Source: Octopus vulgaris
Lineage: Eukaryota
Length of the DNA stretch: 64,000 bases
NCBI GenBank assembly: GCA_951406725.2
Contig: OX597821.1
Span: 103,478,001 to 103,542,000 of the forward strand
Direction: 5' to 3'
Position numbers and translations under genes: made by a program. Shown piece after piece: positions 29,063 to 41,817 of the stretch. The notes under the pieces were generated by a model. The model ran no database searches. It saw only the letters and a list, made by a program, of their open reading frames with translations, and was not told where the DNA came from. Every line of letters begins with the position of its first letter. Position 1 is the first letter of the stretch.

Positions 29063-30376
29063 GGTAGTAGTAGTAGTAGTAGTAGTAGGAGGAGGAGGAG
29101 GAGGAGGAAGCGCAAGGTGAGAGGCTTGTATGAGATGTGAAGACGGCGGCGGCGGCGACGTTGTTGTTGTTGGTGGTGGTGATGGTGGTGCTGGATGCTG
29201 GTTGGTTCGTGAGGATGGAGGTGGTAGCGGTTTTACCTAGTTGCTGTGTTGGTGGCAGTGGTGATTGCGGTGGTGGTGGCGGCGATCGTGCTGATGATGT
29301 TGATGGCAGTGGTGGTGTCGCAGTTGTTGTTGTTGTTGATGGCGGTGGTGGTGGTTTGCGGGAATGGATGTAGTGGGTTTTACTTAGTTTCTGCTTCGGT
29401 GACAATGGTGATAGTGGTGGTGGTGGCGGCGGCGGCGGTAGGAGTGGCGGTGGCGGTCGCTGTGTTGAAGTCTTTAAATTCAGGTCAGTAACACCTTTCA
29501 TAAAATTTCAAACACCACCACCACCACCACCACCACCCACCTTCGTCACCACCACCGACTTCGCCCCACCATCGTTGCTACCACCGCCATCAGCCCCACC
29601 AGCACCAATGTCATTGCAAAACCACCGTTAACTCAGTAAACCTCCTCCCCCATACACGACGACCACCAGCACCACCGCCACCTACCCTAATATCACCCCG
29701 ATTTTGTACACAATGCCAACACCGCCCTTTTTTCGGATATCGACACACAATAACCACCAACATTGCTACCAACAGCCACGATAGCAACACATCTGCCACC
29801 GCCACCATCGCTTCTATTCTACGACGACCACCACCATCACCTTCGCCACCGCCACCGCCGCCAACATCCTCTCCACTACCACCGTCGCCGCTGCCGCCAC
29901 CACCACCGCCACCACCAACAACAAATCTACTGTCGTTACCTTGAATTACAATTTCATCTTCACTATCGTTATTCAACTATTACCAACACCACCACCACAA
30001 CCACCAACAAAAGCCTCCCACTACCAATAGCACAACCTCCACTACCACCATCACCATGAATTAGATCCACCTACACCTCCATCACCTCCACAGTGTCGAC
30101 TCCGCTAACACTTTAACAAGCAAAGACTACACCACCACCACCACCACCACCACCACCATCACCACCACCATCACCACCACCATCACCTCGACCAACAACA
30201 GCACCATCACTACCACCACAAGCTACCATTAACAACAGCAGCAGCAAAAAAATCTACGCCATTGCCACCAAGGTCGTTAGCCACCACCACCACCACCACC
30301 ACCACCACTACCACCACCTCCATCACCTCCGTCACCACCACCTCCACCTCCACCACCACCACCACCTCCACCATCA
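29063..30376. repeat. Degenerate trinucleotide tract: (GGT/GTT/GGC)n then (ACC)n
   Basis: G/T-rich triplets to about 29460, then C/A-rich triplets from about 29512. Confidence 0.9.
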
Positions 30377-31054
30377 ACGTTGCTTAGATTGACAAACAAC
30401 GAATTTAAACCAAAAGCAGTCATCCCCTACAACAGTGCAGATAAGAGAGTGAAAGGAAGAGGATAAAAAAGCTAGGGTAACTCTAAGGGCTGGACTATTT
30501 GTAACAGTCAGGGGGGTGGGGTATTGAGAGATGTTTACATGTGCTCCACCCTCTGTTCCTTCATTTACCTTGTCCTCCCTCTAACCGAGGCTGTAGTCAG
30601 AAAGTAAATGGATTTTGTGTTAAGGCCCATTGAAAGCACCTTAGCTGTCATCTGTAGACTTTAATGATATACTTATACAGCTTTGTGTCAATATGAACAT
30701 ACGTGGAGGCTCGTTATATACTCTCTTGTGTACTAACAATGTACTAATATCTAACGATGTACTCGGTCGTGTTGAGTTTTTGGGAGAAATGAACTTAGGG
30801 AGAAGTTAGATTTTCTAGATTTCTTTCATTAAGAAACAGGCAATCTCTGTCTGTCTGTCTGTCTGTCTGTCTGTCCCTCTCTCTTATACACACAATAATC
30901 AAAGTAAAGCGAATCTTTCTCTATCCTTCTCTCTCATTCACTCTCTCTATCTCTGCCTCTGTCTCTGAATATACATGTAATGTGAATTCGTACACTGTTT
31001 CTATCTCGAACAGAGATTTCCTAACGGACTAGTTTACTAGTTACTGGATCAGTG

Positions 31055-31190
31055 ATTGTATGACGCAGTATTCCCTATATATTGCGAGCGCGCTCGGATT
31101 AATATCATGCCTGGCAAAAGCGTGACCGCCACTGAAGTGATTCAATAAAATCGAAATCACGTGACCTGGTGGTCTCCGAACTAGGTAGGT
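31055..31190 (+). promoter_or_regulatory. Candidate TATA promoter and short first exon
   Basis: CRE-like TGACGCA at 31061, TATATAT at 31076, initiator-like TCA with A at 31107 (31 nt after the TATA start), TCACGTGAC E-box at 31157, donor AG|GTAGGT at 31184/31185; locally CpG-rich and unique. Confidence 0.35.
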
Positions 31191-31418
31191 TTGAGTTCTC
31201 TCCCGCTTGCAATGAATAGCGAGTGCGAAAGCGCACTGGATAAGCAACTAGAAGCAATATCTCTTCCTGTGGTTAAAATAGCAGTATTGTCAGTTCTTAG
31301 AGAACATTCACGTTAAAGTGACGATAAATTACTGTCTTATATATATATATATATAATAATAAAAGGGAGTAAATCTAAACTTACAGGGAAAAATTAGATT
31401 TAGGATTAAATCTAATTT

Positions 31419-31420
<2 letters not shown>

Positions 31421-31450
<30 letters not shown>

Positions 31451-31616
31451 ATTTGGCACAAAAGCAAATAGCAAGGCCATGTAGGGGGACATGGAGTTAA
31501 GTACAGGGTGGTGTTCATGTAAAGAGTTCAGGCCACTTGAGGTCCAGGGAGGCTTTGAACAAAGCGGTCGTCGGCATCTTCACCATCTCGTCTGGAAGCT
31601 TGTTCCACGGATCTGC
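31421..31616 (-). mobile_element. CR1-clade LINE 3' end with (TAAC)n tail
   Basis: Minus strand encodes ADPWNKLPDEMVKMPTTALFKASLDLKWPELFT*, a CR1 ORF2 C-terminal WNxLP...FKxxLD motif. Confidence 0.88.
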
Positions 31617-31651
31617 TTGATTTGCCTAATAGTGGTTTTATCTCTAATTTA

Positions 31652-31695
<44 letters not shown>

Positions 31696-31696
<1 letters not shown>

Positions 31697-32206
31697 GTGA
31701 CTGCTGGCCGAAATCTGCCTTTCAGCTTCTGACCAGCGTCGTGTTAACATCGTTGTTTTTCGTCCGCCACTATAGGCATCGCCGATAAGGCTCCTTTCCT
31801 TGCGCCAGAGAAATAATTTGTTTGCTTGTTATCAGTCGTAAGACACTTGTTGTTGTTTTCACCGTTAATGCTTCTGTATTTCATGTTTCTGTATTCCATT
31901 ATTTTTTTTGTTTTTTTATATTCGTCCCTTTTGCTGTCCTGGTGTCCGTATGCATTCGATCCTTCTTCCAGGAAATCTACGCTCCCAGCTTAGTTTAGTT
32001 TAGCTTAGTTTTTCTAATGCTCGTTGCTTAGTTTTTCTTGGAGGGCTGGCCGTGATCTAGTAATCTCAAGATTAATCAGCCGAAATTACTACGATGATCC
32101 GGTTCTTGACTGAAGACTGAGGGTTTCGAATGTCCTGTCCGTGTTTATTGTATCGTCTTCTAAGAGTTATACGTTCTTGTCCATGTTGTATTTTTCTACA
32201 TACCTT
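31696..32206 (+). mobile_element. About 510-bp T-rich PLE-type element between (TA)n runs
   Basis: (TA)n on both flanks; decayed hammerhead scaffold cttggag-GGCTG...CAGCC-GAAA at about 32037-32090. Confidence 0.4.
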
Positions 32207-32725
32207 AATATATATATATATATATATATTAACACAATATATATATATATATATAAACGGCCGTAAGGAACTGACTTAATGTTCATGCATGTGTGTGTAG
32301 CATAGTTACTATATGTGTATGTTTTCCTCTAATACTCTCTAATACTTTTTAATGCTTTGGAATAAATAGGCACACTGGAATATCTACCGGATGCCGTATG
32401 CCGTTTTGTATCCTCTCTATTTTCTTATTTGCCATATATATATATATATACATGCATGCATACATATATGGAACCCTTGTCGTTGTAACCAATGAAGTAC
32501 CAGTTCACACACACACACATGTATGCATGCATACATACATTCATACATACATACATACATACATACATACATACATACATACATACATACATACATACAT
32601 ACATGCATACATATAGGCCGATGGTATTTATAAAGTGTTAATAACATAGAGTTACTGCTGCATTTGTCAAATATATAAACATTTTGGCGGCTTGTTTCTC
32701 TGAACATTGTCAGACTGATGTGGAC

Positions 32726-32774
32726 GGCTCTGATGAGGAACCAATGAAGTTCGAAAATCGAATTTTTTTCAGTC
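32726..32774 (+). ncRNA. Type-I hammerhead motif in a microsatellite-flanked element (about 32615-32827)
   Basis: GGCU-CUGAUGA-G-GAAC-caaugaa-GUUC-GAAA-a...uu-UC-AGUC has an intact core, 4-bp helices I and II, and a weak helix III. Confidence 0.55.
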
Positions 32775-32825
32775 TGCGGAGAAATAGCAAAAATTTGCCC
32801 TGTTTATAGTTTTACGAAATGTTAC

Positions 32826-32861
<36 letters not shown>

Positions 32862-33031
32862 TATAAATTATGTTGAACACACCTACATCAGGTATGTGTT
32901 TTACTTGTTCGTGGGTTGCTGCGTTTATAGGCGTAAGAGGATATACTCTCATCCATATGTCTGGTGTCAAATCACCTGGATGTCATAGACAAGCGAGATA
33001 ACTCGCATCCGGTCCCATTGAAGAGCAATAG

Positions 33032-33074
33032 ACTAGACGTCGATGTTTCGTCATTTTTGTGACTTGTCAGTAAC
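33032..33074 (-). ncRNA. Type-I hammerhead motif with two CpG-type mutations
   Basis: GUUA-CUGACAA-GUCA-caaaaa-UGAC-GAAA-CAucgaCG-UC-UAGU. Reverting two CG>CA changes gives CUGACGA and palindromic ACGUCGACGU, with a GUC triplet. Confidence 0.6.
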
Positions 33075-33285
33075 ACGTAGCAACAACGATGCCCGACGTA
33101 AGCAAAATCGCTGTCTATTACCGTATGAAAAATATTGTACGAACGAACTATCCTCTGGTGTGTCCCAATGTTTCATACCACAGAATAAATAGAAATATGA
33201 ATTAGAAGCAGATCGAGGTACATAAACAATATCGAACACATACACAGGGTATGTATCGGCTGTGTTTATAGGCGTAAGAGAATAT

Positions 33286-33717
33286 GCATTTCTACTCTAG
33301 GCACAAGGCTCGAAAGTTTTGAAGAGGGATCCAGTTGATTAGATCGACCCCAGTACACAACTGGCAGCTGATTTATCGGCCCCGAAACGATGAAAGGCAA
33401 AGTCGACCTCGGCGGAATTTGAACTCAGAATATAAAGACATACGAAATACCGTTAAGCATTTTTACCGGTGTGCTAACGTTTCATATTTCTTTACTGCCC
33501 ACAAGGGGCTACACACAGAGGGAACAAACAAGGACAGACAAAGGGATTGAGTCGATTATATCGACCCCAATGCGTAACTGGTCCTTAATTTATCGACCCC
33601 GAAATGATCAAAGGCAAAGTCGACCTCGGCGGAATTTGAACTCAGAACGTAGCGGCAGACGAAATACCGCTAAGCATTTCGCCCGGCCTGCTAACGTTTC
33701 TGCAAGCTCGCCACCTT
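33286..33717 (-). mobile_element. Family B SINE dimer (type-1 tail unit fused to a head-clipped type-2 unit)
   Basis: A single 13-bp TSD, cgtaagagaatat, at 33273-33285 and 33718-33730 brackets both units. Confidence 0.9.
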
Positions 33718-34514
33718 CGTAAGAGAATATAGGACACCACATGTGTATGTGTATTCTATAATATTTAAAAACACCGCGTTGCTTCTAGTTTATATATGTG
33801 TGTGTGCCTCTGTCTGCGCGCGCATCTTTGTATGTGCATGAATGTATGATTTTTGCATGTCTATATATCTATCGATCTATCTGTCTATCTAAATAGGAGA
33901 GCGTGTTCGTACTTTGTTCTCATCCTTTAGTGTCACCCACTTTGGTATTCGTGGCTCTTGCCTGATCTGAGTGGAGTTTGTATTTGCTTTCATAAGTTAA
34001 TTGATTGTTGTGTACGAGTGATAAGCATCTGTTGCCGACAAGGCTTTATGTCGAATGCTTTTACTAATAGTTAATTCGATGGCATTCATATATTGCCTTT
34101 GACAATTGGTCCTAGCCATATTCATTAGAGTGGCTTTGTCTCGCATACATAACTATGTAGAAAATGCCTGAATGAAGATAAGATCATTTTTCCGAAAGTT
34201 TCCGTTTAAAAACAGATTCAATGGATTTTTTGTTTGTATCATCGCTAATGTCTATGCCTGGTCTTGACCTTTAGATAAGCGATTGATAAACTGACAAATA
34301 CAAAGGCTAATGAAAAAAAAAATTGTTGATGAGAGGCGAAAATGGAATTTCATCCATAAAATTCTGTTTCCGTCATGGTAATGAACAAATGTTGACTAAT
34401 TTGGAATCCATCTTAATTTTCTTAAACAACGGAAATTGTCATTTCCTCTTTCAACTCTCACCGACTTCCATCACTCTGTAACAAACACTCTTTTAATACC
34501 ACTGTCCTCTAACA

Positions 34515-34880
34515 TCTCGTCCGTCTTATCGTTCTGAGCTCAAATTCCGCCGACGTCGACTTTGACTGTCGTCCGTTCGGGGTCGATAAAATAAGTACCA
34601 ATTAAGTACTGGGGTCGATGTAACCGATTTAAGCCCTCTCCTGAAATCACTGGCCTTGTTCCAACTTTTGAATTTGTCCTCTATGTAAGGCTGCCATCAG
34701 GCAGAATCGTTAGCCCGTCGAGTAAAATGCTTGGTTGCTTTTCGCTCGTCCTTTTGTTCTAAGTTCGAATTCCGCCGAGGTCTACTTTACCTTTCATTTT
34801 TTCGGGGTTGTTAAAATAAACACTAGTTGAGCACCGATTTACCTCCACCCTCAAAATTGCTTTGCCAAAAATTTGAACCA
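34515..34880 (+). mobile_element. Two decayed tandem family B SINEs
   Basis: Two copies of gttc(t)..g(c/t)tc(a/g)aattccgccga.gtc.acttt...cggggt.g.taaaataa. Confidence 0.8.
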
Positions 34881-35296
34881 ATAAATCATTTCTCTAAATC
34901 GTCCATGATTGAGCATTTCTACACCAATCAACAGTGTATATCTTATTGTATTATTTTTCATTAAAATAATGCTATATCCTTGATTAGAGATTTAACATTT
35001 TAAAGATAGTAGTGTGCGATTTGAGGCAATCTCGTTTATTGTACTTAACGATTCCAGCGACGCCGTTGAGACTCACTGATACAGATCTCTTTTTTCCTAT
35101 TTTATTAGTTTCTGTGTTTTAAAGAATCTATAAAATAAATAAGACTTTGGGGATTCATAAATATTCGAAGTCATACTATCTCACTAAAATATGCAGTTAT
35201 TACAAATGTATACACACAGCTTCACACACGGAACATATTACGCAAACATTATTATAATCAATGTGTATGTATAATTTAGATTCACATCCATGTTCA

Positions 35297-35364
<68 letters not shown>

Positions 35365-35587
35365 ACACGCACATACCAATATACACACATACAGCTGCGG
35401 ACGAGCATATACAATACGTATGGGTACATACATGCAGTGCAGACACATATATGGCTACATATACACACATTTATACACATATATATTTATATACAAACAA
35501 CTACAGGCGTGTGAAAATATACACATGTGTATGTAGCACTTTATAACATATGATATATATACGTTAATATATATATATATATATATA

Positions 35588-35910
<323 letters not shown>

Positions 35911-36432
35911 GCATATACATATGTATGTATACATATATATAAATGTACACACATACTTATACACGCATATATACACACGCACTCACACACGCTCACATGC
36001 GTATTATAAATGATATATAATCGTATATGTGTGAGTTTACGAGTGTACATACGTGTGTGTTTATTACTACATTTGGATTTATTTCTCTAAGTATCCATGT
36101 GAGTAATTAAACAGATGACATGAGCCGTTTGATTAGCTATTAAATATGTTCATTATGTTAATACTCTGATTAACGAAGCATGTATTTGAGGAGGTGTTCA
36201 GAAAGTTAATTATTCTAAATTCTGTAAGGAAAGGTCAGGCAATTACATTGAGATTTTGTCTCCAGCTGTTTGTCATTATGTGGCACTTTCAAAGAACTTG
36301 AAACGTGAACTGTGAAAAGAAGCAGCCATTTTTGTTATTTTTTTTTTTTATAAAATAAAAATGATCTTTAGGACCACCTTAAACTTATAAAAGTTTTAGC
36401 TGCTTTCCTCCAAAATTTGATTCTGCACTGAT

Positions 36433-36486
<54 letters not shown>

Positions 36487-37095
36487 TATATAACTTTAAA
36501 GAACATGTTATTTGAATCGATACAACTAAGAACTCCATTGCGCTTTTTATAGTTCATATGATTGCATTTTTAATGCATCTAAAAAAAGATAAGATAATAA
36601 AAACTATATAACAGACAAACAATCAAGCAATAATCATCGCCCCAATAAAATATAATACTCCTAAAAACTACTTCAAAGTCCAAACAACGTTTTTTCACCT
36701 CATTAAGTTCATAACTCTGTGTATTGCAATCAATAAATGATTTGCTTTGGAACGTTGAGCGTCGGTTTATTTTAGTTTTCAGCTCGACCTCTCGATCTGG
36801 TCACTTAAAAGGTTATAAACCATCATTATTTCTGGCTCCCAATGTTTTCTTGATTCCTTTTATATGGGCAATAAGCCAATCATTGTGTCTTATTAATCCA
36901 ACTGTCCCAGTGTATTACAGATTGTTATGGCTTTCGGGGTGAATGAAATAGAGGAATTCATGCACTTTGAGTAACCCGACGCTCAGCTATCGTAAGGAAT
37001 ATATAGTTTCGTCTCTTAAAATTCATAGGTAAAAGCATATTGTTTTTTATGTAATCTCATCTGTTAATTGTTATTTATTAGTCTCGTGTTATGCC

Positions 37096-37136
37096 ATGCT
37101 GACGAGTTGAAGCAATGATGAAATAGCGCTATACAC
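37096..37136 (+). ncRNA. Type-I hammerhead motif
   Basis: AUG-CUGACGA-guugaagcaaugau-GAAA-UAGCGCUA-UA-CAC has an intact core and a palindromic helix III. Confidence 0.55.
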
Positions 37137-37276
37137 AACTTGCCACGACTGGTATCATTTCTAGATCAAATCGGGAGAAATTGGGCGCTAAAATTGATGA
37201 GTAATATACAAGGCACACAGAATATACATCTGTAATCTCACTTTATTTTCATACATATTATAAAAGCCTTAGTATA

Positions 37277-37703
37277 GGCGCTGGTGTGGCTGTGTGATAA
37301 GAAACTTGCTTCTCAACCACATGGATCAGGGTTCAGTCTCACTGCTTTGCACCTTGGGCAAGTATCTTCTACTATAGCCTCGGGCCGACCAAGGCCTTAT
37401 GAGTGGATATCGTCGAAGGAAACTGAACGAATCCAGTCTTATATATATATACATACGTACATATATGTGTGTGTGTGCGTGTATTTATGTGTGTTTCTGT
37501 ATCTGTGTTTGTCCCCTCGTCACCATCGCTTGATAACCGACGTTGGTATGTTTACGTCCTCGTACATTAGCGTTTCGGTTAAAGAACCGATAGAATAAAT
37601 ACTAGGTTTACTGGAGTCTATTTGTTCGTCAAAAACCTTTTATGGCGGTACTCTAACATGGCCGTAGTCAAATGACTGAAACAAGTAAAAGAATAAAAGA
37701 ATG
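37277..37703 (+). mobile_element. SINE family A
   Basis: Full-length diverged copy inside the inverted repeat. Confidence 0.88.
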
Positions 37704-37728
37704 AAAAAATAATATCCGGCCATAGGTA

Positions 37729-37775
37729 GCTATGTACAGCGCTATTTCATCCTTATTTGAAATCGTCAGCATAAC
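37729..37775 (-). ncRNA. Type-I hammerhead motif
   Basis: GUUAUG-CUGACGA-uuucaaauaaggau-GAAA-UAGCGCUG-UA-CAUAGC has a 6-bp helix I, an intact core, a GUA triplet and a weak helix II. Confidence 0.62.
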
Positions 37776-38044
37776 CCGGGCCAAATAAAGCAAATTAAAT
37801 ATTAAATTTGAGAAATATATGTAAGAAATATATGTAATATATGTAAAAACAAGTTTTTATCCATGAATTTTGAGAGATGAAACTAAATTCTCTATTGCTT
37901 TTTGATCGCAATCCCTATCGGCAGAAGTTATTGACTAGAACCATGTAAAAAGAATAATAAAAAAAACACACAAAAATGATAAAACAATAATGCTTCGTAA
38001 TCACTAAGAATTCTTTGTGAAAATCCAGATTTTATCATTCTGGA

Positions 38045-38410
38045 TCTTTTATATTTCATGTGTTTCAGTCATTGAACAACGGTCGTGTTTGGTCACCAAC
38101 TTGAAGCGGTTAGTCATGCAGCTCTACCCCAGTATTCTATTTTTTTTTTTAAAGCCTAGTACTTATTCCATCATACTCCTTTGCCGAATCGCTAAGTTAC
38201 GATATGGGGGGGGGGTTACACAGCGGATGGAGGAACAAAATCCATACAAAGACACACACACAAACATAAACACAGATTCCTCTTAGCAAATTCACAATCA
38301 AGGCATTAGTCGGCCCGGGGCTGTAATAGAAAATATTTTCCCATTGTACCCTGAAGTGGGAATGAACCTAAATCTACGAAGTTTAAAAATGAGAGATTTT
38401 ACTATGCCGT
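38045..38410 (-). mobile_element. SINE family A, decayed
   Basis: gtttcagtcattg...aagcctagtacttattc...ttgccgaatcgctaagttac...gtcggcccggggctgt. Confidence 0.75.
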
Positions 38411-38935
38411 TCATATTGTTCTAATATTTGTCCATTCTTTTATATTTTTTTTACTCAAGTAATACTAATTGGAACGTTGGAAATCAATTTCTCCATTCCA
38501 AAAAAATAAGAAAAAAGCAAAACAGCAACAACAATATAGAAGAAATAACCAGCCCTCTCAATCGAACAAAACAATTTGACTCATTAGAAAAAGTAATTAA
38601 ATACATCCATAATGAAATAGTTATCTCGTTAACGGATCACATTTTCCAATTACAAATGTAATATTAGAGCCAGTGTGAATTATCCAGATGAGGTGCTAAA
38701 CAAACTAAAAAGAATCTCAAGTACTTGTCACATTCAAGAGTTGTTTTATGGTAATGAATCGCTCGACACGCAACCAGAATAAAATTATTTCTGAGAATAC
38801 AAAATATTACCTTATAAAATTGTTTGAAAACCGACATCAACTAAGAAGATATATATTAAATAAGCTCCAGTATGATATATTTAAACATGGAAACTTCACA
38901 TTAAATAATAAAATTTATATATATATACATATATA

Positions 38936-39325
38936 GGCGCAGGAGTGGCTGTGTGGTAAGTAGCTTGCTAACCAACCACATGGTTCCGGGTTCAGTCCCA
39001 CTGCGTGGCATTTTGGGCAAGTGTCTTCTGCTGTAGCCCCGGGCCGACCAATGCCTTGTGAGTGGATTTGGTAGACGGAAACTGAAAGAAGCCTGTCGTA
39101 TATATGTATATATATGTATATATATGTTTGTGTCTGTGTTTGTCTGTATATGGTGGTGTGTTTACGTCCCCGTCACTTAGCGGTTCGGCAAAAGAGACCG
39201 ATAGAATAAGTACTGGGCTTACAAAGAATAAGTCCCGGGGTCGATTTGCTCGACTAAAGGCGGTGCCCCAGCATGGCCGCAGTCAAATGACTGAAACAAG
39301 TAAAAGAGTAAAAGAGTAAAAGAGT
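38936..39325 (+). mobile_element. SINE family A, young reference copy
   Basis: tRNA-like head (A box tggctgtgtggta, B box ggttcagtccc), internal microsatellite, tail ggcggtgccccagcatggccgcagtcaaatgactgaaac and (TAAAAGAG)3. Confidence 0.95.
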
Positions 39326-39529
39326 ATATCTATATATATTTATGTGTGTTCATAAATTTATATAACAGATGCTAATAGCTTTGTTTCGTTTATTAAATTT
39401 AAAGATATGTGTCTTCGATGTTGTTTCGTAGTTAAGTAGGTTGAAGTGTGACATTGGAACTAGTTTAATTTTGTTAAATACGTAGATTATGTCTCGAACG
39501 TCGGTCCATAAAGTATAATATTAGTTTTA

Positions 39530-39925
39530 AATTTTGGTACATGGTCAACAATTTCGTCGGTGGCGGGGGACTAGTCGATTTCATCGATCCCGGTGCTCAG
39601 CTGGTACTTAATTTATCGACTCCGAAAGGATGAAAGGCAAAGTCGACCCTAGTGACATTTGAACCCAGAATATAAAGACGGGCGAAATGGCGCCAAGCAC
39701 TTTCTCCCGGCATGCTAACGATTCTGCAGTCTTGCCATCTTATGTTGAAGCATTATATTTGAACTTATATTATTATATTAAAAATTATTCCACCGGGGTC
39801 GACTTGCATTTTCATCCCTTCGGGGTCGATTAAATAAGTAACAGGTACGCGCTGGGGTCGATGGAATTGACTTAATCCCTTTCCCCAAATTTGAGACATT
39901 GTACTTCCAGTAGAAAGGATTATTA
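39530..39925. mobile_element. Two family B SINEs in opposite orientation (39530-39742 minus; 39790-39925 plus)
   Basis: ccgaaaggatgaaaggcaaagtcgacc and its reverse complement. Confidence 0.8.
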
Positions 39926-40857
39926 TGTTAAAGATTCAGGTTATGTAATATGTGTGTACGTGTGTATGTGTGCTTGTATCCGTATGTCAATTTTTACGTT
40001 CGTTTCGTAAGCAGTTCGACAAACAAGGATTAATAAAATAAATACCAATTTGAAAATGACTCCTGGTTGCCAGTATGATCGTTTAAATCATGTAAGGACA
40101 TGATCCAGCACGACTAAACTCCAATGACTGAAATCAGTAAAAAAATAATAATGTTCCCCTTCAGGGATTTTTTTTTATCATTTACGTATTTCTTACATAG
40201 CGTCATATCGTCGTCTCTATATATTCTAAAACAGAAGAACGAACGATCGATCTCATTGACTCAACCGGTACTCGATCCGGCCACAACAGAATGACAAGGT
40301 GAACGTTCGTGATATTCGAACAGACAATCTAGTAACACGAACCGAATGCAATTCTATCCAACACCGTAACCACAGCACCAATTAACCACTTTTAAAGGTG
40401 ATACACACATACAATTAGAAGTGTTTAATCACACAAACTTCAATCTAATTTATTGGTCATCTTCGACTCTACTCTTAAGAAACAATAATTTCCTTCGGCA
40501 ATGTAAGAGGTTAAATTTCTAGAACGTTCCACGTAATCAATAAATTAATTAACGTTATTGCAGTCAGGTAGCCAGTATGAATGACGAAATCAATCTTGAT
40601 GTAAAGTTCTAATTTAATTCTTTTCAGTTACTCGACTTCGGCCATGTCGGGACATTAATTTCGAGTGTTTTGGTCGATCATACAGATCTCAGTGCCATGT
40701 TTCAGTTTGTTACTAATAATAGCCGACTCTATTTATCGACCCGCTAAGTTTGAGCTTATCAAGGAACACAACATAAATAACACTGAGTTTTGAGAATAAA
40801 CGCAAACAATGATACAGACACGCACATACATACAAACGGACTTACATACATGCATAC

Positions 40858-41312
40858 TGTCCAACGGATGCTAACATAAAGCAAAAGATCAACGGAAAAG
40901 AAAATATCAACACTGAGTTATTGAGGAATCTACAGCTACTCTATCCAGATTACATGTTCAAGTTTATACCTGTAATTATTGGGGTACTGAGACACTGCCT
41001 AAATGTCAGTCTTGAGAAATTAGACTTCTCAAAATCAGAAAGGAGAAAGCTGATTTCAAGTCTACAAATCCAAGCCATCACTGGAACTGTAAAAATCTGC
41101 AAAGTTTTCCAGTTTATCATTTAAGTATATATGAGTATGTCTAGATATGCAACTATAAGCATGATAAGACACACATAAAACGAAACATACAAATCTGCAA
41201 ATATACATACACACAAAAGTACCCTGTTATTGATGTTGAAATTCCAATCAAGGAGCCTTGGATCTAGGTTACAAAGCAACTCTTTCTTTATTGAAATAAA
41301 ACTGAATAATGA
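40858..41312 (+). mobile_element. 5'-truncated REL-endonuclease non-LTR retrotransposon (R4/Dong-like), copy 1
   Basis: Frame CPTDANIKQKINGKEN...LLRNLQLLYPDYMFKFIPVIIGVL...TGTVKICKVFQFII* fits the distal REL domain (CPxDxN..K..EK....P.IIGxLG), followed by a 3'UTR and flanked by TACA repeats. Confidence 0.75.
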
Positions 41313-41442
41313 CATACATACATACATGCATACATACATACATACATACATACATACATACATACATACATACATACATACATACATACATACATACATG
41401 GATACATACATACATACATACATACATACATGGATACGTACA

Positions 41443-41476
<34 letters not shown>

Positions 41477-41817
41477 CATACATACATACATACATACATA
41501 CATACATACATGGATACATACATACATGGATACATACATACATGGATACATACATACATGGATACATACATACATGGATACATACATACATGGATACATA
41601 CATACATGGATACATACATACATGGATACATACATACATGGATACATACATACATACATACATACATACATACATACATACATACATACATGGATACATA
41701 CATACATGGATACATACATACATACATACATACATACATACATACATACATGGATACATACATACATACATACATACATACATACATACATACATACATA
41801 CATACATACGTACATAC
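41312..41817. repeat. (TACA)n with regular TGGA interruptions, giving a 16-bp higher-order unit
   Basis: TACATACATACATGGA is repeated, most regularly at about 41500-41645. Confidence 0.92.

Larger units (their letters stand above)
36995..37890. mobile_element. Old inverted repeat (arms about 36995-37157 and 37712-37890), each arm with a hammerhead motif
   Basis: gctgacga...atgaaatagcgct(a/g)taca and tagtttc(g/a)tctct(t/c)aaaattcat occur in inverted orientation. Confidence 0.7.

Noticed and set aside
29025-30059. Pro/Thr/Gly/His-rich ORFs resembling a transcription-factor low-complexity exon
   Set aside because: Trinucleotide decay with frequent frame breaks and no DNA-binding or other domain.
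38936-39010. tRNA genes
   Set aside because: The A/B boxes belong to SINE heads; there is no full cloverleaf, and each continues into a SINE body.
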